DNA of 64,000 nt. Origin: Hamiltosporidium tvaerminnensis FI-OER-3-3 (lineage: Eukaryota; Fungi; Microsporidia). Location of the stretch: positions 682,001 to 746,000 of the forward strand of contig CM061253.1 in NCBI GenBank assembly GCA_022605425.2, given 5' to 3'. Numbering within the stretch: position 1 is the stretch's first letter; every line of letters starts with the position of its first letter. This document shows, piece after piece, positions 13,549 through 26,300 of the stretch. The translations under genes and the position numbers were made by a program. The notes beneath the pieces were generated by a model. That model saw only the letters and a program-made list of their open reading frames with translations. It had not been told where the DNA came from and did not search any database.

Positions 13549-14099
13549 TTTTTGTTATAAAACCCTTATAGAATGTTACTCAACCATAAGAATAGTATTC
13601 AAAAAAATTATTTTTACTTTTTTAAAGTTTTCATTTTAGAAATTACATTCTGTTAAATCACTTTGTTCGGATTTTATTTATAATAATTTTACATATAAAT
13701 TAATAGTGATAGAATAGAAGTTATATTTTAAAGTTCTAATAAAAGGATTTATTCACTCAATAGTAGCAAAAATTATCACAAACCTTTCTTTTACGCGACA
13801 AAACTTTTGGAATTGTATGAAAATACTGATAAGACCTGGAAAACCAGGAAAAATACTATTTAATAGCCGATTATTACATGATCTTAATATTACCATTAAT
13901 GAGGAAGCTATAATTATCAATAAAAGATTAAATTGAAAAATTCAAAGTGCCGACGAAAGGATCAGAAACATTTCTTTTGTTTAATATATGGAAAAAAAGG
14001 TAAAATAACAAATATATACATCAAATAGTAATAGGTAGAATAAAGCAAGAAAAAAACAGAAGAAATAATATGGACTAAATATTATTTTCAAAGCTTTTT

Positions 14100-14300
14100 C
14101 ACAGAACATCTTATTGATTGCACAACTACATCAGTAAATAAACGAATGTTTTTAATTTTGCTGGTGCGATATAAACCAAACTGAATCAGAAGGCCAATCC
14201 TGTATGATCCAAAGTTAAAACAGACTAAATGAAGCAAATCAAACTTCTATTTGTTCATGTTCGACACTGAAAGTTAAAAGAGGACTAGAATAAGTAAGTA
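14100..14300 (+). mobile_element. Decayed short sister retroposon
   Basis: ggccaatc..gaagcaaat..tttgttcat..tcgacactga..taaaagag..agaataagta matches 8720-8826. Confidence 0.65.
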
Positions 14301-16523
14301 AGTTTTGAGCTGCACAATATAAGTTGATTGCTCTAATAAAACATTTTGTATCTATTAATATCATGAAATGCTCAAAAAGATTCTATCTAATGCGTTTTCA
14401 AAAAATTATAGGGATATATAAACACTTCATCAGTGAAAATATCATGTCATGTACAAAAGCGGCTTTTTCCGGCGAAGAACTTCTCCGATGTCTTCAAGGG
14501 TAAACCAATAAATACTAATGCGTGGTAATGCCAAAATAAAAAATAGTACTAAAGAAAATGAAATAAAAAATTAGTTCTTTGTATAACCATACTATAAATA
14601 GAGCAGATGAGGATGAAAATAGGATTTAAAATGAAAAATTTAAATATAAATAATTAAGAGGTTGACATAAATATTAAGTTGGTAAAACAAAAACTTAATA
14701 GCATGAATATTCTGAACAGAAAAAAATTCCGATTTACCTGAACTAAAAACCTAAAAGCGAATAGATCAAAAGAAGAAGGACATTCTAAGTTTGTTTGAAA
14801 AGAAACTTCACGAGCGAATCGAACAGAAGAGAAAAAAAATGTTGAATTAGCAAGAAAAAGATATAACTGAAAATAAATTAGCGAAAATTGGGAAGAGGAA
14901 TCTAAAATAAATTGATCAAAAAGAATTTTTAGAAAACGACATAAATGCAAAATCTATATGCGTCTCAATAAATGTAGTGACAGAATTTAATATAAAATCA
15001 TAAGACAATTTTTACAAACCAGCATCAAACCCATTACAATCGCGGAACGATATATATCGTTGGTGAAAGTCCGCATTCAAACTATTTAATATATGCTTTA
15101 CATAAGAACCAATAAAATCTTCCGAATATTTAGATTAATGGGGCCCTTATAATATTAATTAAATGCAAGGAACAAATTAAAAAGGTTCTTAAAAACCAAA
15201 TTTAAAATTTGTTTATGTTTTTTGTTCAATATTGCAAATATATAAAATTATTTTCTGAGCTTTGTCTATTTTGTTACCGAATTCAAGGAAATGTAGAATC
15301 TTTTTTGTAAATATGAGTCGGGTAACAAATAACATAAAATATGCTTAATGGGGATGCAGAAAATAACGAAAAAATGAATGAATGCCAATTAAAAGGTGTC
15401 GCTGAAGAATAGTGAAGGATCTATATGATGGTATGAAATTGCTCAATTTGAACGTGCTTTTAAAACACTATATGAAGTGGAGGAAGAACATAAACATTTT
15501 CAGTCAGTTATAAATCAAAATTCCGAAGGCAAAAGTGCAAACGCGAAATAATAATCAGAGGAAATATTATACTTAACGGTCCAAAGCTTTGGTATAATTT
15601 TGTAAGTGAGGAAAATGAACCATGTATTAATAAAGACTTACTAGTCCGTCTTAGTTCTGAAGTACCTCGATTCCAAAAAAAGCAATGTAAACCAAAAATG
15701 TATAAAGCTATGCTTCGTGTAGCTCACTTTTGCTTTCATACGAAGAAAAAACTGTGAGTTTTGCCATTAAATTTTATGATACAATAGTAACAGGTGTAAA
15801 ATATTTTTAAAATTTTGTGCAACTGCAATATTATTTCTATTATTGCAATAAGATAAATCCAGCCACTTTTAAAGACTGAAAGATTGAATCCAGAGCATTT
15901 AATAAATACATGCTTCAGAGCCGAAGCCAATAATCGCATTAGACCAGAACTAAGCATAAATCGGTGCGATCGAAAAATACGATTATTTGGTTCAGAAAAT
16001 TAAAATCGAGATATTACAGACATATATCCCTACCCAAAAGCGAAAAAATCATCTCTTATTTTCAAACACACTTAAAACAGGCAGCAAAAATATCAAAATG
16101 CTATAAGAAAAGTTTGGAAGTATAGAAAACAAGAAGTTCTTGTTTCGTATTCAAACCAACTTCATCTATTACATATTATAAAAATAAAATTAAAATGGAA
16201 TATAATATCCCAACAAAAATCCTGAAAACTACAGAAACTCAAAAAAAATATATGCAAATATGAGGGCGAATATACTAAGGGCACCAAAAACTTTTTTAAA
16301 AAAATTGTTGCTATGTACAGCAAAAATTCAAAAAACAGTAACGACTGCAAAAGAAAAGAATTTAATTCTAATTTTAAAATAACACATTAAACTCCAATTT
16401 AGAACAGCTTAAAAGACAATTTACAAAAGTAGCAAAGCAATTTCAGCTGGATGAAAAAAAAGTCATATGAGGAATATAAATGAAGGTTAAAAGTAGTAAA
16501 AAATTATGATAAGAATGCTCATA

Positions 16524-17254
16524 TAACAATTCTTTTTTAAAAGTATCACATCTTTTTTAAAATAAAGGCAAGTTTTTTTTGTTTTCATGACATTAATGCA
16601 GTTCTAGGTTTGATCTAAATAACTTCCTCTCCAACGCTCCATCAGTAACCCTACGCTACCTAAGTTCCAAAGCCTTTCATCTACCAAGTGTATAGAACCT
16701 AATTAATAGTCGAGGCAGTTTCCTGGTGATCGTTAATGTCTATTGCATGGTGTATGATCGAAGGCCGAAGCCCTTCCTAGGCTCCCTCAAGACTATGCAG
16801 CATCCCCACTTAATCTACACCTTCTGAATCAAATAAACCTCTCGCTAAGATATATTTCAGAGATTTTAATGGGGAAACCTAGACAGTGCGACGTCATACC
16901 AACAGATATAACCTGCTACATAGCTCTCTCTGCTTTTAATGGTTTTTATTTTTTAATCAACAGGCGAAAATCTCCTAATTCAAGTGAGTAAGGCTAGGTT
17001 TCCATGCTTTTACACGGCAATTACCTTCATGTTTAGCTGCAGTCGGCAATCACTTACATAAAAAGCTACAAATAAATTTATATAAAAGTTTCGCAATTTT
17101 GTAGACCTCTCCTCCTCATACAAACTTCCATGGAACAACCGAAGATTTAGTGTGGAGTTATTCTCACTAAAATTACAAACAACAATCTTCACACCAGTTT
17201 CACACCCCCATTGCCAAGTAGAAAGTTTTTTATGTGGTTATTCTCCCTCCATCT
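16524..17254 (-). mobile_element. ~730-nt SINE-like retroposon copy with 12-bp TSD
   Basis: Colinear with 22969-23698; AGAATGCTCATA at 16512-16523 and 17255-17266. Confidence 0.93.
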
Positions 17255-18539
17255 AGAATGCTCATAAAAGAATATTTGAAAATAAGCATTTCAGATTACA
17301 GTGAAATGACAGCAATGTTTTATTCTATATAAATGAGATATATGAACTTTATGATTAAAAAATTGAATATATGATATCGAAATTTCAAGGTTGAAAACGC
17401 TTTCGTCTTTTATAACGATATCGATCTCTTCGGTTACGATACCCTGGACCTTGAAAACAATTCGAGATTGATTTATTAAACTCCATAAATATAAGAAATA
17501 GACCAACGAACATGGCTGAATATAATTATTGTGGATATACATTCTAGAAATATATTTAAACATATATACAGACAAAATCGGTCGGTCTAGGTGCGGAATA
17601 CCTTCTCAGATCGTTTTACAAAGCATATTTCTCTAAAATAATACAGTATGTGGATGGAAAGGAACTTTCAAAAAGTATTTGTGCGAAAATTTAAGCTAAA
17701 ATATAAGCAGGGTCTTTAGTTGGCTTTAACGTCCATAAACCAAAGGGAAATATAGGTTGTCAAATGAAGACAACACAGGAAATTTTGTAAAATTAATATA
17801 TTTGTTTAGTAAAATGTTGCTTTTTATAATAATAAAATATTATTCTTTACAGGGTAAAAGTTGTTTGCCAATGCGTTTTAAAAATTCTGATGTGGCTTTA
17901 ACAAAGAGATCATTTTAGAAGATATAGACAGATCTCGTACATAATGAAGGTAATATTACATCTGGTGATACATTTAAACACAAATCGACATTTCTGATAA
18001 TGAAAATTCTCTTATTAACAAAGTGTAGATTGTTAATATATTTGTACATGTGCGAGTATTTGATAAAAAATATTACTTGAATTTATTAGAACCAGTAATT
18101 AGAGCACTATAAATTAATTTAATTATAGAGGGGCATAAAACCAATAGATCTCCAAAATATATAGAGATGCCACTTTTATCAAAAAAAATAGAGTTTTTTC
18201 TTTAAGGTCGTTAACTTTTTGCAATGAATTTTTGTAAATAAAAGTACATGAATAATAAATGCAGAGCGGGTTTTGAAGATATTATTTAAACTATTCTTGT
18301 GCGTCTTTTTGATTATTCAATGCACGTTAAACTAAGTAATAAGGAGCGTATTATAGCTTACGAAGACATATTTTAAAGTAAAAGAGTATAACCAGCTTTC
18401 ATAAAAGAGCTATATTTCTCTTGTTTACAATGTAATTCTTTTATTCTAGTAATTTTGATTTGCATATAAATCATATTATTTGATGTTATAAAAGTAAGTT
18501 ATAGATAAAGAAAAATATACATTCCTTACTATTTCAATA

Positions 18540-18985
18540 AATTAAAACCTAGGTTAATCCCGTTTTCATCGTATCGCAATACTTTTCAACTGTATTAATT
18601 AAGTCATTCTCTTCCTCTAAAACCAAGGTCTGATTACATTCATTGTGGGTTTTTCTGAATAGTTATACCATTTGAAATCAAAGTTAAAATATTTGTGGTG
18701 TTATTTGTTTGCCCCATCTTCTTCGTTCTTCCCTTTCTTTAAAGAAGGTTCTGGTTGTATTTGTCTCTCAGATCTTTAATAAAACTCAATGATTATGCTA
18801 TTTCTCAACTCACGTCGGCATTTTTCCCTCTTTTATGCCCTTTAACGTCGAACAAGGGAGATTGTTTCGCTTTGATTTCATACTATCGATTGAATATATG
18901 CCTATATGTCCATGTATACTCGTGGCTTTTCAAGATACGTCCTGTGGTGATTTTTGACAACCTTGTATATGTTATCTCATAAATA
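18540..18985 (-). mobile_element. Decayed 3' fragment of R4-like LINE (divergent subfamily)
   Basis: Reverse complement aligns with LINE 3' region (ggcata(c/t)attca(g/a)tc.atagta..cgaaacaat.tcc.t) and ends in a ttaacc.ag..tttt-like tail. Confidence 0.7.
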
Positions 18986-20919
18986 AAATTTTCGTACAAA
19001 AATTTCGTTTTTTCTATACATATGGGAAAATTTCAAAATTAGATGAAATGAAAAAACATGGGATCAAATACATTTAATTGCTACTATATTCCGATAATAA
19101 TATTCCAAATATTACTTAAATGCACGATTTAATAAATTTTTGTTTTTTATAATGTTCTGTTTTTTAAGAAATTGAGGAATAACAGATGTAAGCTGTAACT
19201 ATGTATCTAGCTCAAAATTTTTGTTATTTTTAATATTGACTTTCCTTTTTCTCATGTTAACAAACCATAAATTTAACTTATAAAGTTATAGGTGGTACGG
19301 AAATTATGATTTTCGAGGTTTTTCTCCACGAAATAAAATTTTAAAATAAAAATTTATGTTTTTGTATGACATACACCAATTTTTTTTAGAGAAACTGTTC
19401 TATTACAGAAATTAAGATCCACATTTTATGTAGCAATAAAACATATTCTTTGAAGTAATTTCCTACGAATTAGAGAACCAAGCCAGGTATTTCAGAAATA
19501 GTTTTTGAATTATACTTGCTTTTTTATATATTTGAATAAAAAAATATTTTTATGGTATAAATAACTTTCAAAAAATTACACGATATTAAACACAATCAAT
19601 CGGTAATATAAATTCAAATCTTCTTGTTATAATAAAATAAGATCTTAAAAAATTAAAAATCTTTTATTATAATTGTTGTTCGATATTTTTAAAATCATGA
19701 TATCGTTTTAAATCAAACAAATGCTAGTAAAAAACTAAAAATCAGAAAAATAAAGAGCTTAAACTTAGCTTTGATCATAAATCATATAATTGTTTATAAA
19801 AACAAGAGATTCTTTTATATTCATATCAAAAATAGTAGTTAGAATAATTTCTACTGACTTAAAAATTTGAATTTTTTATACAGGAAACTTTTTATTTTTT
19901 TTAGATGCTTTATTCTACCTTTTTTTTCCCGTCTAATCTGACTATTTTTCAAGACATCGGCACATCTTTTCCTTTAAGATTATCACTTTTCGGAGTTAAC
20001 ACATATTTATTTTGCTTCCTTACAACTTTTTCCTCTAATACAAATGTCTAGACTCATGATATTTTGGTGTCTTCATACTCGTTTATTCATCTACTGATGT
20101 GAATTTTTAACTCCCATAGTGTTTGAGATTGATTCTTTCTTTTTTGCCGAGAAAATCGAAAATTAAAACCCTTTAAAGTACTAAGAAATAGATATACGCT
20201 TCCTTTCTCCATTAATATTCCGAGATTCCTAGCATATTTTACATGCTATTGAGTTAAAATTAAATCAAATCATTGGATAATATAATTACCTCCTTAAATA
20301 TCCGATTTCAGCATCTATAAGCCAAGTTTATGAAGTAAATACACTTTACTTGATGTAATCTTTTGGTTTATGTTTTCAAAAAGAAAGTTTTTAGTCTAAA
20401 ATTTTATATTCGAGACTATTTTCCATCCAGATTTCCAGTTTATTTCTGCATACTTATTTCTAAGGATTTTTAATCAAGTTAACACTAATTGTTTCAAATA
20501 ACTGAAACTTATACATTTTCGAAAGGTAAATATAGAAATCTGACCACAAATGGTTTCTCTAGGCCCATATGTACAAACATTTACACATATAAAGTCGTGG
20601 AAGCCTTCAACGATTTTGAGAAATTCAAAAACTTTTACATTATTCTTTTTTAACAAAAAAATACATTTTTATCTTGAATATAACAGAATACCCCTTCGTT
20701 TCTTGGCTTTTTGTAGCCTCTATTCAAGTATTTACCTGAAGCTAGCTCTCAATAATTCATCATTTCGGCTTTATATAACTTTGCATGTACATTTTTCGAA
20801 ACTATTTTGTTTTTAAATTTGTCTGTAAAGTTTTTTTTAAAAATTTCACTCGTGATATCTCTTTTTAACACATACATTTTACTGATAAGCTCTTTTATAG
20901 GTTAAATGTATCTTGTATT

Positions 20920-21700
20920 ATTAGTGTAGTAGCTGTTAAGCTCGTAGAAACGAATTTTCTTTTACATTCATAAGAAAAAATGCAGAAAATTATCCTAAAC
21001 TTCATTATCTCAGCTTTAGTTTCTTTATCTTTTCAATAAGAATTTCTTATTCTCACCTGGTCTGTTTCTCCTATATTTTTTAGGCTTTCATTTTCCAAAT
21101 AATTACCCGCTTTGATCAATGTTCCAATAAAATTTTAGACTGTTTTAGCCTGTATTTGCTTTTTTCCTTTTATATTTCCCTTTAACTTTTCAGAGCTTCA
21201 ACTCGGCTTTAATATTTAAACTGTTCACTTTCATCCTATTTTTGTTCATTCTGTCCTTTCTCTCGGTGAAATTTATTGTTGTGAAGTGTTTTATTTGTCT
21301 GAAAAAACCCAGTTTTTTAACAATATGCTGTATTTGTTAATTTATTTATTTTATATATTCTTAGTCACTTTTATTAAAAATCTTTTAATTTAATCAAGTA
21401 TAAAGTTCCGCAAAGCTATTTAAGTACTAATTGTTTTGAGAATATTATTGAGAAAATAGATATATTACACAGAAGAATAGAAAAGAAAACATCTATCTTC
21501 ATACAATTTGTTATGTAACTGTAAATTCTTAGGGAAAAAAATATGAAGAAAATGATGTAAATTTTTTTTCAAAATGAACCGTTAGAACAATTTAAAAAAC
21601 AAAATTTATTTGTTATTCTTGATTAATAATACAATTTAAAATAAATTTACGAAATTTATTTCAAATATTTTTTTGAACCAATAGAATCTTTTAATTCATT
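20920..21700 (-). mobile_element. Highly decayed dispersed repeat (same family as 3770-4700)
   Basis: Shared sequence blocks with 3770-4700; boundaries and strand uncertain. Confidence 0.45.
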
Positions 21701-21759
21701 TATGTTCAGTTCAACCCAGCATTTCGGTTGTGTAAGTTTATTGAAAAGAATAGAAAGAG

Positions 21760-22685
21760 TCATAGCTTGTTTTGTTACTCTTATTGGTGTCTTGGTGTTT
21801 AAACCAATTAAACATTTCGAAGCGAGTCATCGTGGCAATATTAGTAAATTATATAAATGATATTTAAGAATTGCTGCTTTTCTTGAAGAATAATCTTAAT
21901 CCTTTATCATAAAAGCAAAAGTTGCAAAACATATTTTGTCTTTCAGCTTGATACTATCAAGGCCTATTACAAATTCTGACTTAAGTATGTAAAAACATTT
22001 TCATATCTGAATTTAAGATATATCTTGATTTTTACAAGCAAGACACGCAGTACATCATATAACTCTGAGAAATAGCGGTTTAAGTCGATTTACTCCTATT
22101 TGAAAGTTGCTTAACGATATCGCATGTTCATTAATTACATGAAATAAATCTCTTGTATTTAATTCGGTGTGATTGAGTATTTCAAACACCTGTAAGCTTT
22201 TCTCGTTTACATACTTGAATGAATTACATTTTTGGTTCCTTTTAATATCTTGGGTATTTCCTAAGTATAAATATAAACAAGATCTTTCTAGGATAGCAGC
22301 AACTTTTCACAACATGTATCATTTGTAAGTTTAATTTAGGATAATCTTTAACCCTGTTTTTAGAAGAAATATTGTATTTCATATGTGATTAAGGATATAA
22401 TAGGGCTGAAATTGCTACAAGAGTTTTAAGATAATCATTAAAAAAGAAGTGGTTTGTTGTTTAGAAATCATTTCAGTTAGAATAGCCATCCCTAATATTT
22501 TTCTTCAGGTTCTCATATCAACATAATTTATACACAACACAAAAAACAAAGGCTACAACATTCAACTTGCAATATACATGTTTCAATACTCCTTTTCCTG
22601 TTTTTTTCATATCTCACTAACTTCGAATTTTCCATTTTGATATTATTACCATAAAAAATTTCTGGATCGAATCAAGAAATGGGAG
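21760..22685 (-). mobile_element. Decayed RT region of R4-like LINE
   Basis: taacgatatcgcatgtt, cggtttaagtcga..tactcctat and caaca.gtatcatttgt match 11135-11390. Confidence 0.75.
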
Positions 22686-22968
22686 GGGTCTCCCCATTTA
22701 TTTTATCAAAAATATCTCTTTATATATTTTTTTTTCACATTAATTCATGTTGATTTAAGTTTCTGTTTATCTACTCTTCATTCCATTAAACATTCTATAA
22801 ATTTATAGAAAATACTTATTTCCTTAAATTATATTTTTATGATTAATATTGGTTCTCAAAGGTAGAAACAAATGCACAAAGGTATAATAAAAATATTAAC
22901 TGGAAATTTCTTAACCAAAAATTGGTCCTAAATACCTATTTTAATATATTTTTATAAGTTAAGTCAAA

Positions 22969-23698
22969 TGTGGAGGGAGGATAACCACATAAAAAACTTT
23001 CTGCTTGGCAATGAGTGTGTGAAACTGGTGTGAGGTCATTGTTTGGATTTTTGGTGGGAATAAAACCACACTACATCCTCGGTTGTTCAATGAGAGTTGT
23101 TATGAGGAGGAGAGGTCTAAGAAACGGAGAAACTTTTTCTACAAATTTATTTGTAGTTTTTTATGTAACCAGATTGCAGACCGCAGCTGAACATGTAGGT
23201 AATCGCCATGTAAAAGCATGGAAACCTAGCCTTGCTCACTCGGGTTAGAAGACTTAGCGCCTGGGAGATATAAAAATAAAACCCATTAAAAGCCGGGAGA
23301 GCTAAGTAGCAGGTTATACCTGTTGGTATGACATTGCACTGTCTAGGTGGACCCATGTAAATCTCTGAAATATATCTTAGCTAGAAGTTTATTGGGTTCA
23401 GAAAGTGTAGAGTAAGTGGGAATGCTGCATAGTCTTGGGGGAGCCCAGGGGGGGCTTCGGCCTTCGATCACACTCCATGCAACGGACATTAACGAACTCC
23501 GGGCAACTGCCTCGCCTATTAATTAGGTTCTACACACCTGATAGATGAAAGGCTTTGGGACGTAGGTATCGCAGGGGTTACCGATGGAGTGTTGGGGTAG
23601 CAGTCATTTATGTTAAACCTAGAACTGCGTTAATGTCATAAAAACAAATATAACACTTGCCACTATTTTAAAAAGATGTGATACTTTTAAATAAAGTT
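22969..23698 (+). mobile_element. Best-preserved copy of ~730-nt structured SINE-like retroposon, 14-bp TSD
   Basis: TAAGTTAAGTCAAA at 22955-22968 and 23699-23712; nearly identical to 40095-40827; no long ORF. Confidence 0.95.
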
Positions 23699-24130
23699 TA
23701 AGTTAAGTCAAACTTCTGTTATCCTAGTACTCTTAACATTTCATATTTTTAATTATAGAACTGATTAAAAGGATATCCATATATTAGTAACTTAATCAGG
23801 AATATAATTTTCTTTCTTATTATTTATATATTTTAAAATTTAAAAATTTTTATTTGAGAAAAAAAATAATTTAAAAAAAATAAAATCTAAAAATGGTTTA
23901 TGATTAAATCATTTGATTTCGTGCATTTGTATTGATTAAATAACTTAATCCTTATCTTTTGTTTCTAATCTTTAAATCTTGATAAAGAAAAAAAAAGATA
24001 AATTAAAAAAACTGAAAAAAAGAAAAAAAAAGAAAAACTAAGATGAAATAAACTAAGAATTAGAAATAAGTTAAGCTACAATAATTAAAAATTAGAAAAT
24101 TAAAATAAGAAAATAGAATCTAAATTAGGT

Positions 24131-25656
24131 TTATCCAAAGTTAACGACCTTGTATTTATCACTTTTATCTTCAAAAACCAAATATGCTGCTCCACCTTTC
24201 ATTCCACAATAGTTAGGCGCAGAAAAAATAGTCACAACCTTTCCATTCTGATTAATTTTAAAACCACCACAGACATATTCATGTGATCGAACAATAAGTG
24301 TCAAATTATTGTCCTTTAAAAATCTTTCGGTTATGTCTTTACCAAAATTAACAGCTATATTTCTTTTACTGGGCGTCACACCAAATCCTTCCATCGGATC
24401 TGACCACATAAATCCTTCAAATATTTTATCGTAGCTATCATTTGTATGTCTAAATATTTTTTGGGCATCGTTTATATAAAATCTTTCTTCGGGTAATCCA
24501 CCATGTACTACAAAAACAGAATTATTTAATATTGAAGCCAATGGCATACATTTATACACTTCACAAAAACTTTGAAAGATTATATTATGAGTTAAGGAGT
24601 ATTTCACCTTTATCTCCTCATAAAAACCCATCATTTGATTTATAGCAGGAAATTCATGATTTCCTCTATTTAGAAATACCTGATCAGGAAACACCATTTT
24701 TAATACTAAAATTAATAAAATATTTTCTACAGACAACGAACCTCTATCTACAAAGTCTCCATTGAATAAATATATATCTTTAGAATTACCAGATATAAGC
24801 TGTTGAAGTACATTTACAATATCTATAAAGTTTCCATGTGTATCGCCAAATACAATTATTCTTTGATTTTCTTTGTTTGAAATCTTTACTATATTATCTA
24901 AATTAAAAAGTATAGAATACGAATATCTCAATATATAAACAACAACTTTTGCTGGAACATAATTTCCTTTTTGTATTTCAGTTACAAAAATATTTAAGAA
25001 ACTATATTTCAAAATATTTGAATCTTCGATAAAAATTGTAAAAAAGGGTTCGTCTTTTAAAAAAGGCGTTTTTTCGGTATTATTTTCAATATTTTCAAAA
25101 AATTTATTGAAAGGACTTGTACTGGTTAAAGAAAAATTTTTAAGAATATTTTCAATGTAATTAGATATTCCACCCTTAAAGGAATATTCTAATTCAGAAT
25201 TTCCAAATTTTTTTCTGAATCTTTTATAGGATCCCTATATTCTCCAAATTCTCTTCCTTTGGTCTCAAATAACATTTTTGCTTGGTAAAATCTTCCCAAT
25301 TTCAAATAAGAATTACACAATTTGTAAATTGCTTTATTACTTCTTCCGTATTTAAGTGATTCTAAAGCATGACGAGAAGATTCAGCAAAATTTTCCATCA
25401 AATAATGAGTAACACTTATATTTAAATGAAGAATTGATAATTCTTTATTCGCATGTGGAAAATCTGTTGTATCACACTCAATACCCTCATAATACGTTTC
25501 TAATGCTTTATCATATTGTTTGGTTTTAAAAAAATTGTTTCCTTTCGCTCGAATTGCGTAAATATCAATCTTCATTTTTAAAAAAGGGTCACTATCTTTT
25601 TTTCCAATTTCTTCAAATAAAATAAATAGTAAAACAAAAAAAACGAATGTAAACAT
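24131..25656 (-). CDS. PPT1: Serine/threonine protein phosphatase 5 (TPR + PPP catalytic domain); 1-nt frameshift at an A7 run near 25210
   Basis: TPR-like N-terminus (KGNNFFKTKQYDKALETY); GDTHG, GDFVDRG, RGNHE, HGG, WSDP, RSHE and SAPNYC motifs; the catalytic frame is open from ~25235, overlapping the TPR ORF. Confidence 0.88.
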
Positions 25657-25748
25657 GGGGTAAAATCTCTAAAACTTTAAATAAAACAAATTTGATTTAA
25701 AAATAACAAATAAATTAATTAGATAAGGATTTATACAATTGAATATAA

Positions 25749-25882
25749 TTTTGATAAGAAACTTACAAATAATTTTTTTATATTTCTTAATATTTTTGAA
25801 TTAAAAATTAATATTTTGATAAGAAACTTACAAATAATTTTTTTATATTTTTTAATATTTTTGAATTAAAAATTTATATTTT
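25749..25882. repeat. 65-bp tandem duplication
   Basis: ttttgataagaaacttacaaataat..gaattaaaaatt twice. Confidence 0.85.
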
Positions 25883-25999
25883 GTTTTCTAATTTGCAAAT
25901 TAAAATAATGTTTTTGCTGATTTGAAACACTAAAGTTTTATTTATGAACAGTAAAGAGATTTTTTTTACTAATAAAATTCCTAGGTGGAAGTTTCATAA

Positions 26000-26300
26000 A
26001 TAAAACTAATCTCGTTCCTTAAATAATATTTCTGATTTATAAAACCATACGTCATTCTTAAATAAATGTTTCTAATCTAACAAAGAATATTTCAATCTTG
26101 AATAAAATTTCTGATTTATAAAACTACACTGCATTCAAATAAATGTTTCTAATTTACGAAACCAATCTCGTTCCTTGAATAATATTTCTGATTTATAAAA
26201 TAATATTTCAATCTTAAATAATATTTCTGATTTATAAAACTACACGTCATTCTTAAATAAATGTTTCTAATCTAACAAATCTCTATCCTTAAATAAATAT
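26000..26300. repeat. Degenerate ~40-bp tandem array
   Basis: Recurring aataatatttctgatttataaaac / aataaatgtttctaat units. Confidence 0.7.

Noticed and set aside
23015-23248. 77-aa ORF shared by two retroposon copies (also 40547-40780)
   Set aside because: GTG start, no equivalent ORF in the other copies; retention is explained by recent near-identity
23536-23555. Hammerhead-like CTGATAGATGAAA in the retroposon
   Set aside because: Not CUGANGA with a stem II; other copies read CTGGTA
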